Shown here: positions 24,602 through 38,259 of the stretch, one piece after another
How positions within the stretch are numbered: the stretch's first letter is position 1
Layout: each line of letters starts with the position of its first letter
Assembly: GCA_951406725.2 (NCBI GenBank)
Contig: OX597824.1
Span: forward strand, 71,362,001-71,426,000
DNA: 64,000 nucleotides
Direction of reading: 5' to 3'
DNA from: Octopus vulgaris
Lineage: Eukaryota
Made by a program: the position numbers and the translations under genes
The notes under the pieces: model-generated
What the model was told of the DNA's origin: nothing
Databases searched by the model: none
The model's input: only the letters and a program-made list of their open reading frames with translations

Positions 24602-25066
24602 TTTATATATATATATATACACATACTTGTCAACGTGTGTGTGCGTGTAGATATTTATTAACATACATGCTTATAAATATATACTCATAGGTATATAAAT
24701 ATCTTTTACTCTTTTACTTGTTTCAGTAATTTCAGTGTGGCCATGCTAGAGCACTGCCTTTAGTCGAGCAAATTGACCCCAGGACTTATTCTTTGTAAGC
24801 TTAGTACTTATTCTATCGGTCTTTTGTGCCGAACCACTAAGTTATGGGGACGTGAACACACCAGCATCAGTTGTCAAGCGATGGTGGGGGGATGAATACA
24901 GACACACACACACACACACATATACAACGGGTTTCTTTCAGTTTCTGCCTACCAAATCCACTCACAAGGCTTTGGTTGGCCTGAGGCTATAGTAGAAGAC
25001 ACTTGCTCAAGGTGCCATGCAGTGGTTAGTAAACAAGCTACTTACCACACAGCCACTCCTTTGCCC

Positions 25067-25116
<50 letters not shown>

Positions 25117-25495
25117 ATGTGGTTTTGTGGTAAAAAGTTTGCTTCCCAACCACATGATTCCAGGTTCAGTCCCACTGCGTGGCACCTTGAGTAAGTGTCT
25201 TCTCTATAGCCTTGGATTGACCGAAGCTTTGTAAGTGGATCTGGTAGACAGAAACTGAAAGAAGCACATCATATGTGCGTGTGTGTCTTTGTCCCTCCCG
25301 CCCCATTACCACTTGACAACTGGTGTTCGTTTGTTTATGTCCCCATAATGTAGCAGTTTGATAAAAGAGATTGATAGAATAAGTACCTGGCTTAAAAAAA
25401 CAAAAGTACTGGGGTCAATTTGTTTGACTAAAGTGTTTTCAAGGCAGTGAGTGCCCCAGCATGACCACAGTCTACTGACTGAAACAAGAAAAAGA
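24360..25495. mobile_element. Cluster of three SINE family B copies (-, -, +)
   Basis: Homology to 14490 and 21908 at ~24360-24600, 24703-25065 and 25112-25495. Confidence 0.8.
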
Positions 25496-25560
25496 TAAAT
25501 ACATAAAAAATATACACACAGTATACATGTGAATATATATATATATATACATCCTCTTAA

Positions 25561-26507
25561 TCTCAAGCTGTACCTCGAAATAAAGAGGTCAGATCCTGTA
25601 CACTATAGATCTCTATTGCAAGCAGACCTGGACACAATGCAGCAGTGGATCATGGACTGGCAACTCAAGCTGGCTGTGGACAAATGTACCACCATGCATT
25701 TTGGGAGGAGAAACCCAGCGTCCACCTACTCCCTCCACAACACTAGTCTCAAAAATTCTTCATGTGAACGTGACCTGGGTGTTATTGTCGACAGTGATTT
25801 GCATTGGACAAAACACATCGCTAAAATTGTCAAGAAGGCTGAGGGTGTCTTGGCATCACTCACCAAATCCTTTGTGAGCCACTCTCCGACTATCTATCTG
25901 CGGCTTTATATAGCTTTGGTTAGACCCCACCTGGAATTTGCATCACCGTTCTGGAACCCCCATCTTGCCCAGGATATCAATCGTTTGGAAGCTGTTCAGT
26001 GACGTGCAACCAAAAGAATACCCTCCATCAGGCTTTTGCCATATCCTGAACGCCTTACTTCCCTGGGCATGGACACATTGAAATTCCGACGTCTGGCAGC
26101 TGACTTGGCAGACACCCATAAAATCATCAACCATCGTACAAACAATAACTCTGAGCACCTTTTCAAACTCCACCTGTCTAACACCCGTGGACATATTTAC
26201 AAAGTCAGAAAACAGCACAGCTCCCATGACTTCAGGAAACATTTTTTCAGGCTGAGAGTTGCTGAAGCATGGAACAAACTGCCGGCATCAGTTGTTAGTA
26301 GTCGGAGCACTGCATCCTTCAAAACTTCCGTGCTTTCTGAGATTCGCAAACACTACACCTGATTTTCTCCCCTCCATACACACACAAGCATGTATCTGAC
26401 TCATGCATTGTTCGCTTTCCAGACATTTATACATTACTGCATATACTCCGACAAGTTGTGGTGCACCTGAGCACTGTATACAATAATTTCATTATATTAT
26501 ATTATAT
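25561..26507 (+). mobile_element. 5'-truncated CR1/Jockey-group LINE (RT C-terminus plus 3' UTR)
   Basis: ORF motifs LQADLD..QW..WQLKL...KC, ERDLGV, LVRPHLEFA, FF.LRV...WNKLP; one in-frame stop near 26000; (attat)n tail; TSD atacatcctcttaa on both sides. Confidence 0.9.
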
Positions 26508-26539
26508 TATATACATCCTCTTAACCATGCTCTCACACC

Positions 26540-26591
26540 GTCTCTGATGAAGGGACATAAATAATAAATATCCTAGAAACAGCTGTAAAAC
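26540..26591 (+). ncRNA. Minimal type I hammerhead ribozyme motif (Penelope-type)
   Basis: GTCT-CTGATGA-AGGG...TCCT-A-GAA-ACAGCTGT-A-AAAC with a palindromic stem III. Confidence 0.6.
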
Positions 26592-26681
26592 CTTCTATCT
26601 ATAAATGTTCTAATATCTATACAGCCTTGATTTTTTATCTCATTATGCAAAAATTTCTTATATATATACACACACACACAG

Positions 26682-26723
<42 letters not shown>

Positions 26724-26839
26724 TCACATATATAGATGTGTGTGTGTGTGTGTGTATATATATATGTATGTATGTATATATGGATATATATATATATATG
26801 TATGTAAATATATATATATATATATATGTATGTATTTGT

Positions 26840-26875
<36 letters not shown>

Positions 26876-26964
26876 AATAAAATTAAAAACAGAACACAAA
26901 CTATATCGCAGTACACGTGTTTAAAGCTTTATAAACAATCCGTTATTACATCAGTGTATTCATC

Positions 26965-27272
26965 ACCATCACCATCACGTGACCGACCAGTCCATCAGAT
27001 GTAGTTACACATCGTTGGTCACAATGCGTTCGCATTGTTTTAGCCTTCGAATGACGCCACCCCGTTGGCTAAGCGAGCAGGCCAACAGAAGAAAGAGTGG
27101 GAGAAAGAGTGATGAAAGAGTACAGCAGGGATCACCACCCCCTGCCTGAGCCTTGTGGAGCTTTTAGGTGTTTTTGTTCAATAAACACTCACGACACCCG
27201 GTCTGGGAATCGAAACCGCAATCCTACGACCGCGAGTCCGCTGCCCTAACCACTAGGCCATTGCGCCTCCAC
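26965..27272 (-). mobile_element. SINE family C
   Basis: Same tRNA-like head as 6370-6748 with a different tail; TSD acatcagtgtatt. Confidence 0.8.
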
Positions 27273-27443
27273 ACATCAGTGTATTATTGATATAAAAGAT
27301 GGTTAGAGAAACTGAAGCACCATTGCAATAAGTGTGTGAATCTGAAAGGGAAATATGCTGAACAAAATTATAATTAACTGATCCTCCTATATTTTCTTTT
27401 ACCCAAAGCCAAGAACTTTTCAGCACTCCCTTGTATGTATTTA

Positions 27444-27509
<66 letters not shown>

Positions 27510-27526
27510 CCTACCTATTTATCTAC

Positions 27527-27602
<76 letters not shown>

Positions 27603-27674
27603 ATGTATATATATATATATATAAATATATATATATATAAATAAATTTATATTTATATATATATATATAAATAA

Positions 27675-27726
<52 letters not shown>

Positions 27727-27944
27727 GTGCCCCAGCATGGCCACAGCTTATTAGCTGAAACTGGAAAAATCAAAATCAAAATCATATATACACACATAAC
27801 GACTTAGAGGATGAAGCACAGTGTCTATGATCTTAGTAGGGCCTCTGAGATTAGTGGAAGGAAGAGAGGAAGAAACCATGACTCATCAGTTGTTGCAGTA
27901 TGAAGTTCTACATGACTTGACAACTTTGTGTGCGTGTGTGTGTG

Positions 27945-27987
<43 letters not shown>

Positions 27988-28242
27988 ATGTCTCAGTCTC
28001 CATGTATGTAAATAAACAGTCATGAGTTAATTGACAGCAAAATAGAACATAAAGAAAGACAAAGGTAATATATAGAAAAATAAGATCTTTTCAAAAAAAT
28101 GACACATGTGTTCAATTGGGTTTATAAACCCTTTTTTATTCCAACCCACCTGGGACTGACCCTGAACCTAAATATAATCTTCCACAAAAATTTCATGTAT
28201 ATTTATGTTTCCAGCACCAGCTTAATAATGAAAATGCTATTT

Positions 28243-28470
28243 ACTCTTTTACATGTTTCAGTCATTTGACTGTGGCCATGCTGGAGCACCACCTTTAGTC
28301 AAGCAAACCGAGCCCAGGACTTATTCTTTGTAAGCCTAGTACTTATTCTATCGGTCTCTTTTGCCGAACCACTAAGTTATGGGGACGTAAACACACCAGC
28401 ATCGGTTGTCAAGCGATGTTGGGGGGACAAACACAGACACGCAAACACACACACACACATATATATACAT
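28243..28470 (-). mobile_element. SINE family B 3' half
   Basis: Homology to 21908-22130. Confidence 0.8.
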
Positions 28471-29140
28471 GTGTTGACAACAAACAAGATGAGGACAAAT
28501 ATCCGTCAAATATATATAATCTAAAGACAATGTATATCAACAGAAATATAGTAATGAAAGGGTTAAAAATACAGGTTATTATTCAGTAATCTAGGGGTTT
28601 CAAATCAACAAAGCTAAGAGATTGTATATTTGGGTTACATAATTATGAAAATTTTCAGTCACCTACTCCTGTGGTACAAGGATCATGTGGAATGAGGTAG
28701 AGTTCTGATGGAACATATACAGCCTTCCTTGGGTTATCCTACTTCTATCCAGGAACCATTACAGGAAAGAGTGGTAGAGAAAAAGAAGAAGATAGAAGAA
28801 GGAGAAAAAGACAAAGAATTGACCAGTACTTGAGTGGTACTGTATTGACCCTAAAAAGATAAAAGTAAGGCTGATCTAAACAGTATTTGAACTCAGAGCG
28901 CAGAGAGCCAGAATGAATACCACAAGATACTCTATCCGATGACTTAACAACTATTCTAACTCACTGCATTAGCTAACAAGATGATGCCTAGTAGAATATG
29001 TCTGAAACAAGGGAACAGGAAAGTTCCTTTGTATTCTTTCATGAAAATTAAATGACAAGAATGCAAGTGCTTATGAAGCACAGAATGGATAATATTTGGT
29101 CTTTGTCTTTCCAAATTCTTAGATCAAATTCTGTTTAGAG

Positions 29141-29470
29141 CAATGGTTCCTAAACCTTTGCTAGGGATGTGGCCTGGCTGCCAAGGGGGCAGCACCCAGG
29201 TCACATCCCCAGCACCCCCACACACACACACACACACCAAACTCACCACCACAAACATAGGCCATTTTCTGCTGCAAATTCAAAACAACTGTATTTCACA
29301 AATATAATTTAACATAATTAACTCATTATTTTGGGTTTTTTTGGGGTTTTTTTTGCCTCATTCATTGCCTCATTTAGGCCACTCTATTATCACCCCACTT
29401 TTCTTCAACACCCTCCTGAGTCTTTCCATCGCCCCCAAGGGGGCAGTACCGCCCACTTTGGGAACCACTG
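29141..29470. mobile_element. hAT-Charlie-like MITE
   Basis: TIRs caatggttcctaaa / tttgggaaccactg; perfect 8-bp TSD gtttagag. Confidence 0.85.
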
Positions 29471-29597
29471 GTTTAGAGAGAGAGCAAAACTATTATTTTT
29501 AGTATTTGAGTGAGACTGACAAAGGAGAACTGCTATAGTTGGGACTGTTAATGCTACATATACTGGTACCTTGGACCATATCCATCCTCTGCCCCAC

Positions 29598-29724
29598 AAA
29601 CAGATGGTGACACAGCTTGCCAGCACAGTCCCCACACCTCAGACAAATGGTGACACAGCTTGCCAACACAATCCCGCCTCAGACAAATAATGACACAGCT
29701 TACCAACACAGTACCCACTCAGAC
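29598..29724. repeat. ~40-bp minisatellite, 3 copies
   Basis: Unit approximately agacaaatggtgacacagcttgccaacacagtcccacctc. Confidence 0.8.
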
Positions 29725-30689
29725 TCACAAATGTGCCATTTCCTCTCTCTTCTTTTTGCTGCTGATACTACAGTTGCTGCTCTTCCTCAGAGCTGGCTGG
29801 TTTTATGCCATTGTCATTCGGACATCCCCAACTTATTCACCTCTCTTCTTGTTACTTATACTCTATCCATTCCACAATTCCCCACCACCAGGCCTCTAGA
29901 TCCAACGTTAATCAATTGCCCAGAAACCATCACTTTTCAAACTGCATCTACAAGAAAAACTACAAGATCAACTGGCAGGACATCTAAACATAAACCAAGA
30001 ACAAGATTGTTTGATAATATCTATAGTTTCCATTGTTCATACTTGGGAATTCAGTAGCAAGGTGGTTGCTTCTGATTGGATTCTGTGGAGGAGGTGCTTC
30101 CATAACTCACATAACCTCCCAGGTATTGTGGGCAGCAAAGATGGATAGATGGATGGAATAAACACTAGTCCTAGATATACAAAACAATACTATTGTTACA
30201 GTTGGAATGCTTTTGATCATTGGACTGTTTGATGGAAACTAGTTTACTCCCATTAAACACCTACAACAACGAGTTCTGCAGGTGTAGCTTGTAAAATGAC
30301 ATGCTCCACCAAGCCTTACATATACTACATGAAAGCAAAACCCAAAATGGTGTCACTGCTGTTGAATATGTTAAAGGATTCATCAACGTTAACTACCTCT
30401 ATCAATTTTTTATTCATTTACAATGAAGATACTGATATTAATTTAGTTTATTATCCTTGTAATATTGTTTTAAATTTTGGTGTAAGTCTAGCAATTTTGC
30501 AGGCATGTCAATTACATTGGACCAGAATTTCACTGGTATTTTATTTTATCAACTCTGAAAGCATGAAAGGCAAAGTTGACTTCAACAGTATTTGGACTTA
30601 GAATGTAAAGTGCTGGAAGAAATACCACTAACCATTATATCTGTTATACAAAAAACTCTGCCAACTCGCTGCCTTTTTTTTTTTTGTGA

Positions 30690-31195
30690 CTCCCTTCAGT
30701 CATGAATGACCATGGAATTGCACCTAGAAAGTTACCCTCCGAGGTACAAGTCTGGGCAAGGCTGTTTATGGAAGATCAGCAGTCACCCACGCATACCAGC
30801 CTCCCCTCTCCATGCCACCGATGTCATCAAAGGGAAAAGCAAAGGCCGATACAGTTTAGCACCAGTGACGTCACAGCTCATTTATTAACGTGCAAGTGGC
30901 TGAGCACTCCACAGACACGTGTACCCTTAACGTAATTCTCGGGGAGATTCAGCATGACACAGAGTGTGACGAGGCTGGCCCTTTGAAATACAGGTACAAC
31001 AGAAAAAGGAAGAAAGAGTGAGAGAAAGTCGTGGTGAAAGAGTACAGCAGGGATCACCACCACCCCCTGCCGGAGCCTTGTGAAGCTTTAGGTGTTTTCG
31101 CTCAATAAACACTCACAATGCCTGGTCTGGGAATCGAAACCGCAATTCTACGACCACGAGTCCGCTGCCCTAACCACTGGGCCATTGTGCCTCCA
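30690..31195 (-). mobile_element. SINE family C with RTE-like tail
   Basis: Head and body match 6440-6748; longer 3' region. Confidence 0.8.
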
Positions 31196-31219
31196 TGCTG
31201 CCTTTATCATCCTTGTAAT

Positions 31220-32780
31220 AGTTTTCTTTCTACTACAGGCATAAGGTCTGAAATTTTGAGAGAGTGGGTAGTTGACTACTTTGACCCCAGTGTTCAACTG
31301 ATACTTATTCTATCAACCCTGAAAGGTTGAAAAGCAAAGATGACCTCAGTGAAATTTAAACTCAGCATGTAAGTCAGAAGAACTGCCTGCCACTTAGTAT
31401 TTTGTCTGGTGTGTTAACAATTCTGCCAGCACACTGCCTTTATTGTCCTTGTAATACATGATAAACAACATTGACACACTGAAGCTTTAGGCATTCCGTC
31501 AGTTACGACAAAAAGTGTTCTGGTTGATCCGATCAATGGAACAACCTGCTCATGAAATGTAACATGCAAGTAACTGAGCCTTCCATCAACATGGATACCC
31601 TTAATGTAGTTCTCATGGAGATTCAGCATGACACAGAATGTGATAAGGCCGGCCCTTTGAATTACAGGTACTACTCATTTTTGCCAGCTGAGTGGACTGG
31701 AGAAACATGAAATAAAGTGTTTTCTCTCAAGGACACAACACAGTCAGGAATTGAACTCATGACCTTATGATTATGAAGAGAATACTCTAACTTCTAAGTT
31801 TTTTTCACCTGGATTCACTCACAAGATTTCAATGAGTCCAGGGCTGTAGTAGAAGACATTTGCCCAAGATATCACACAGTAGGACTGAAACCCAACTCAT
31901 ATGAATGGGAAGCAAATTTCTCAGTCACTCAGCCATGCATGCGCCTGTAGCCACACCTGTACCTACTTGTATACTTGTTATATAGGGATTTCAAATTTTG
32001 ACACAAGGCCAGCAATTTTGGGGGAGGGAGTAAGTTGGTTACATTGACCCCTGTTCCACTGGTACTTCTTTTATCAAACCCAAAAAGATGAAAGACAAAA
32101 TCAGCCTCAGCAGAATCTGAACTCAGAACATAAAGACAAAATGCCACAAAATATTTTGTCCAGCATACTAACGATTCTGCCAGCTTGTGGCCTTATACTT
32201 ATTATATATTGGTTTCAAATTTTGGCACAAGGCCAGTAATTTTGGGAGAGGGGTAAGTTGATTATCTTGACCCCAGGAGTCAATTAGTACTTATTTTATC
32301 GACCCCAAAAAGATGAAAAGTTGACTTCGGCAGAATTTGAACTCAGAATGTAAAGATGGACAAAATGCTATTAAGCATTTTGTCTGGCATGCTAATGATT
32401 CTGCCAGCTTGCTGCCTTCAAATTTTGGCACTAGGCCAGCGATTTTAGGGGAGGGGTAAGTCAATTACATTGACCCCAGTGTTCAACTGGTACTTAATTA
32501 ATGACTCCAAAGGGATGAAAGGCAAAATTGACCTCAGCAGATATACTTGTTATATATTAGAAACAGTTATTATTTAAAACAATAGATTGGCAGAATCATT
32601 TGAACATTGGACAAAGTACGTTGCCACATTTATTTCGGCTCTTTCCCTACTGAATTCAAATCCTGCCATGGGTGGCAGCTTTCATCCTTCTGGAGTCAAT
32701 AAAATAAAGTGGTAGTAAACTTGGATTAACATTACAGTGTAATCTGTCACTCAAAAATTTCTAACCTTGGGCCTATGTTA
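31220..32780. mobile_element. Cluster of older SINE copies, mostly family A
   Basis: Repeated ggcacaaggccagcaatttt...gaccccag...gatgaaaggcaaagttgac...gaatttgaactcagaa, mostly on the minus strand. Confidence 0.75.
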
Positions 32781-33019
32781 GAAATATACATTTCTGTTTT
32801 GGCGGGTTTTTGGTTTTTTCTTTTTTTTTATCATATTCAACAGTGAACCAATGTCACTTTAATTTTTTTGTAATATTATTAGCTCTTTCACATCATCAGA
32901 GATTGGGTCTTTGGAGATGCTTGCATCACATTCTTGGTAAATTCCCCAACAAACTTTTCTTAAACTGCAATCTGGCATCACTGAGTAAAAACATTATATA
33001 GTAATAATAATAATAATAA

Positions 33020-33375
33020 TAATAATATAATAATGATGAAATTATTGTATACAGTGCTCAGGTGCACCACAACTTGTCAAAAGTGCGTATAAAGCATATG
33101 CAGTAATATACAAATGTTTGGAAAGTGAACAGTGTATGAGTCAGGTACATGCTTGCGTGTGTATGGAGGGGAGAAAATCAGGTGTAGTGTTGGCGAATCT
33201 CAGGAAGCATAGAAGTTTTGAAGGATGCAGTGCTCCGACAACTAACAACTGATGCCGGCTGTTTATTCCATACTTCAGCAACTCTTAGCGTGAAAAAATG
33301 TTTCCGAAAGTCATGGGAGCTGTGCGGTTTTCTGACTTTGTAAACATGTCCACGGGTGTTAGACAGATGGAGTTT
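33020..33375 (-). mobile_element. CR1/Jockey LINE 3' fragment
   Basis: Reverse complement of ~26165-26500; HDFRKHFFTLRVAEVWNK. Confidence 0.88.
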
Positions 33376-33796
33376 TTGAAGTAGGAATATAAAGAATATA
33401 TAAGAAAAGGGAGGAGCCAACCATCTCCATCAGTCAATGATGACTCTACTTGGATCAATCTGTATATATTCACTTAACTAACAGAGACATGATGAACTGA
33501 GTCACATATTCAGTTTGACCCTTCTTCCATAATAACCTACAGCCATCAATGGGCATTCATCTATAGTGATGTCATCATTGCACCTCTCAAATTTATAATT
33601 ATAGAGTGTAGCAGATATACACTTTGATTCAAGCCTGGAACTTAGTTTTCATTAGGAAATTCTTTATAAACAAGAACCAGAATTTTGGTACATTGAGTAA
33701 TGACATCAACAAAAGTCTATAATTTTAAATAAGCAACCCTAAGACTTCCAAGTGATTATGTGGCCACAGATCACTCCAATGAGATTTATTCTAGAG

Positions 33797-34022
33797 CAGG
33801 GGTGGGCGAACTTTTTTGATCGCGGGCCGCACAGTGCGTCTTTGGAACCTTGGCGGGCCTCATTTATAAAAATCAAGTGAAAAATATTGTGAATTACCGT
33901 ACAACTGAAACAGTTACGAAGTATCTGCATAGAAGTTGGGATTCATAAAAGCTCTCGGCGGGCCACATGAAAACCTATGGCGGGCCGCATGTGGCCCGCG
34001 GGCCGTAGTTTGCCCACCCCTG
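33797..34022. mobile_element. hAT-Charlie-like MITE (226 bp)
   Basis: TIRs caggggtgggcgaac / gtttgcccacccctg; 8-bp TSD ttctagag; subterminal GCGGGCC motifs. Confidence 0.92.
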
Positions 34023-34324
34023 TTCTAGAGGGTATAAAAGAAACGAGATCTACAAAAAGAAAGAATAAAAAGACAAAGACAGACAAGAACAGAGAGGTAG
34101 ACAGGAGAATAGAGGATGTATAGTCATGTATTAAGTTAGTAACCAGTCAAATTATTAAAACCTCATACACCAACATGTTACAATCAATGGAAGCGACTTG
34201 ATATAATTGTTAGAGTGAGATCGGATGCCTTGTATAAATAGGTCCACTTCTGTCTACTCTGAGTTCAAATCATACCAAACCCATCTTTACTTTTCCTTCT
34301 TTCAGGATTGATGAATACAGTATC

Positions 34325-34555
34325 TATTTCTATTTCTTTACTATCCACAAGGGGCTAAACACAGAGAGAACAAACAAGGACAGTCAAACGGATAAAGTCG
34401 ATTATATCGACCCCAGTGCGTAACTGGTACTTATTTAATCGACCCCGAAAGGCATTGTCGACCTCGACGGAATTTGAACTCAGAACGTAGCGGCAGACGA
34501 AATATCGCAAAGCATTTCGCCCGGCGTGCTAACGTTTCTGCCAGCTCGCCGCCTT
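34325..34555 (-). mobile_element. SINE family A (young)
   Basis: Reverse complement of 11516; flanking repeat ttgatgaataca. Confidence 0.85.
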
Positions 34556-35500
34556 GTTGATGAATACACTATCACTCCAGTATTGACACTGATTCTGCTC
34601 CTCCCTCCTCCTCTCTTGATTGTATTGAAAGCCGCTGTCTTGTGTCACGCTATTTCAGTTTGAGAAATACAATAAGGGTACTTATGACATTAACTTTTAG
34701 ACATTATTTTCATGATTAGGAATTTAGTTGGTCCAACAACCAAATGCTCACATTGAGACTGACAAGGGATCCATTATAAATAGCTCTTCGTCAGAAAGAG
34801 GGAATTTTTTTTATCTCTCAGACAAAAAGTCAATCTCTAAAGGTCAATTTCCTCTTCTTCTCAGGACATACATACAAACTTACCAAACTCTACGATAAGT
34901 TTGTATGTATGTCCTGATAAATGTTTCATTTGTTCAAGAGCTTAGTTCAACACTTTCTATAGTGAGCCAATTAGGGAGACAATAAATGGTTGTTCAAACC
35001 GGTAGAAATAGCAACCAAAATCCTTATAACCACATCCTAATATCTTAAAAAAAGAAAGACATTAAACAATGCACTAAAGACATAAATACGTATGTAAACA
35101 GAGAAAAAAAAAAGAGAGTAATACATTATTCTTTAAATATTGATGATCGAGAGAAACGTTTGAGTTATCTCCCTTATACTAGTGACTAATTAAGAGTTCT
35201 TTCCCTTTGACTGAAATTTTTTAAAAAATGGTTTGTTATATATAAATTATAATCGAATTTCTTACACAATATATAAGTTGTTACTGTCCCAAAAGAAGAA
35301 AATAAAAGTAATAAGCTGCCTTTCCACGAAAGTACGAATTAATAGCCACATGAAACATGAATCTATTGGAACAGCTTCTTGCATGACATTACAGCCGCAT
35401 ATCTATTTCTATATTATTCAATAGCGTGAGCTGTATCGCTGTTAATCGCCCTACATAAAGCAACAGTCAATTTTCCTTCAAATCATACCTTACCACCTTA

Positions 35501-35984
35501 ATGTATGTATGTATGTATGTATGTATGTATGTATGTATGTATGTATGTATGTATGTATGTATGTATGTATGTATGTATGTATGTATGTATGTATGTATGT
35601 ATGTATGTATGTATGTATGTATGTATGTATGTATGTATGTATGTATGTATGTATGTATGTATGTATGTATGTATGTATGTATGTATGTATGTATGTATGT
35701 ATGTATGTATGTATGTATGTATGTATGTATGTATGTATGTATGTATGTATGTATGTATGTATGTATGTATGTATGTATGTATGTATGTATGTATGTATGT
35801 ATGTATGTATGTATGTATGTATGTATGTATGTATGTATGTATGTATGTATGTATGTATGTATGTATGTATGTATGTATGTATGTATGTATGTATGTATGT
35901 ATGTATGTATGTATGTATGTATGTATGTATGTATGTATGTATGTATGTATGTATGTATGTATGTATGTATGTATGTATGTATGT
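35501..35984. repeat. (ATGT)n microsatellite, ~121 units
   Basis: Uninterrupted tetranucleotide array followed by (AGGT)n. Confidence 0.97.
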
Positions 35985-36262
35985 AGGTAGGTAGGTAGGT
36001 AGGTAGGTAGCAAGTGACAAACGCTTTTATACGTTTCTATTTATACTTCAACTCTATACTACACTATATCATATTTCTTACCCAACTTCACTCACGACAT
36101 TTCACTATTTTACCCTATGATTTATACACTCTGGCAGTTGTTCTCTATATAATTTTCCTAAAACGATGGGATCTATCCCTATATTTTAAGGACAACTTAC
36201 AACACTATAATTTTAACAAAAAATTAAATGAAACAAAAATTGTTTTAGAATTTATTCGTATA

Positions 36263-37973
36263 TAGGGTGGAGCAGAGAGGACTGACGTTTTTGAAAAACT
36301 CACAAAATCATTAATTTTAGCTGCAAACAAATTTTATTGACATCAATATGTTCGGCCTGGATTAGCATTTGTCAAAATCAAGTGTGGAAAACAACATCCA
36401 TCACGTGGTATCCGTTTTCATTGATGCATTTCTGAAGGTGTTCTTGGAAATTAGCCTCCACTTTCTCCAGCATTGATGTAGATTTGGGCAACTTCCATGC
36501 GAATAACTTCCTTCATATTGTCCAATGTATGGGGCTTATGCACATGCACACATGCCTTGAGGTTCCTCCACAAGAAATAATCACACATGGACAAATCAGG
36601 AAACCGATGGGGTGAGGGAATGCCATCAAGCCTGGAAATGAGGCGTTCACCGAAGAGAGGGCGAAGAACCTCCATCGATGTTCTGGCTGTGTGAGTCGTC
36701 ACCCCATCCTGCTGAAACCACGCACGTCGAACAGGCATACGTTTTCGTCGTAATTCAGGCATATAGAAGTTGTTTATCATCTCAATGTAACACTCAGAGT
36801 TCATAGTAACAGCATTTCTATTATTGTCTTCAAAAAAGTAAGGACCAGTGACGGCAGCTTTTCCAACAGCACACCAGACTGTCATTTTGGACTGTGTGGT
36901 GGTCTTTCGTGCAGTTCTCTCGGATTTCCAAAAGCCCAATAACGACAGTTCTGTCGATTCACCATGCCACTGAAATGAAAATGAACTTCATCACTCATTA
37001 TCAAAATGAGGTTGTCATTTGCCTCAAAAATTGCTTCCATCTGACATGCGAAGTTAAGCCGCTGTGCATAGTCCTGTTGTCCAATTACCAATTTGTACGG
37101 GTGGAAATAATAATAATGAAATTATCATGCTTGCGTGTGTATGGAGGGGAAAAAATCAGGAGTAGTGTTAGTGAATCTCAGGAAGCATGGAAATTTTTTA
37201 AGGATGCAGTGCTCCGACAACTAACAACTGATGCCGGCAGTTTGTTCCATGCTTCAGCAACTCTTAGCTTGAAAACATGTTTCCGAAAGTCATGGGAGCT
37301 GTGCTGTTTTCTGACTTTGTAAACATGTCCACGGGTGTTAGACAGGTGGAGTTTGAAAAGGTGCTCTCAGAGTTATTGTTAGTAAGATGGTTAATAATTT
37401 TATGGGTGTCTGCCAAGTCAGCTGCCAGACGTCGGAGTTTCAATGTATCTATGCCCAGCTAAGTAAGGCGTTCAGAATATGGCAAATGCCAGGTCTTCAT
37501 GCAAATGAATATATGCAAATGCAGGTCTTCATGCAAAATACGCCTACCGATCAATTACTGATGGCAAGTTCAGTGGAATGCCTCCGAGCAGAGAGATTCG
37601 GACTCCGTATCAAAGCTTGTCTGACGCATTCCACATTTTCCAGGATCCGTACCGTTCGTGATGTCCTCACCAGTCTCCTATTCATTAGTGTACCAACGTA
37701 AGATTGTGTTACGGGTGGGAACAGTCTGATTTTGGTGAATGTTGAAGTGGCGCCGAAATTCATGCTGAACTATTGTGACAAACTCGTTATTCTTCACGTA
37801 ACTGTCATAGGCAAAGGTGATGCTGTATCGTCCACAGTGGCATAGCTTCACTTGAAAAGGAATAAAAATGCTAAGATACCCCGGACCGAATGGTACCTGA
37901 CGGACATGTGTCCCTCCCACTGGAGCTGAGTAATAGCCATTTCAAAAACGTCCATCCTCTCTTCTCCACCCTG
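36263..37973 (-). mobile_element. Tc1/mariner superfamily DD41D transposon, pseudogenised
   Basis: TIRs (y)agggtggag.agagagga..gacgtttttgaaa, TA TSDs. Transposase fragments SDEVHF..G.VNRQNCRYW, WFQQDG and PDLSMCDYFLW, with 41 residues between the 2nd and 3rd Asp. Frameshifted and interrupted by a LINE. Confidence 0.88.
37104..37490 (-). mobile_element. CR1/Jockey LINE fragment nested in the DD41D element
   Basis: Reverse complement of ~26035-26390. Confidence 0.88.
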
Positions 37974-38024
37974 TACATGCAACTGTGGCTGTATGGTTGA
38001 CAGGCTTGCTTCCTGCCTCTTATA

Positions 38025-38259
38025 CCTATTTCTTTACTACCCACAAGGGGCTAAACACAGAGAGGACAAACAAGGACAGACAAACGGATTAAGTCGATTA
38101 TATTGATCCTCAGTGCGTAACTGGTACTTAATTTATCGACCCCGAAAGGATGAAAGGCAAAGTCGACCTCGGCGGAATTTGAACTCAGAACGTAACGGCA
38201 GACGAAATACGGCTACGCATTTCACCCGGCGTGCCAACGATTCTGCCAGCTCGCCGCCT
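38025..38259 (-). mobile_element. SINE family A (young)
   Basis: Reverse complement of 11516; flanking repeat cctcttatacct. Confidence 0.87.

Noticed and set aside
29598-30057. 146-aa ORF and a spaced-repeat (CRISPR-like) appearance
   Set aside because: Head-to-tail minisatellite without unique spacers, in a eukaryotic context with no cas genes; the ORF has no recognisable domain.
35490-36020. 161-176 aa MYVC/HTYI repeat ORFs
   Set aside because: Stop-free tetranucleotide microsatellite.
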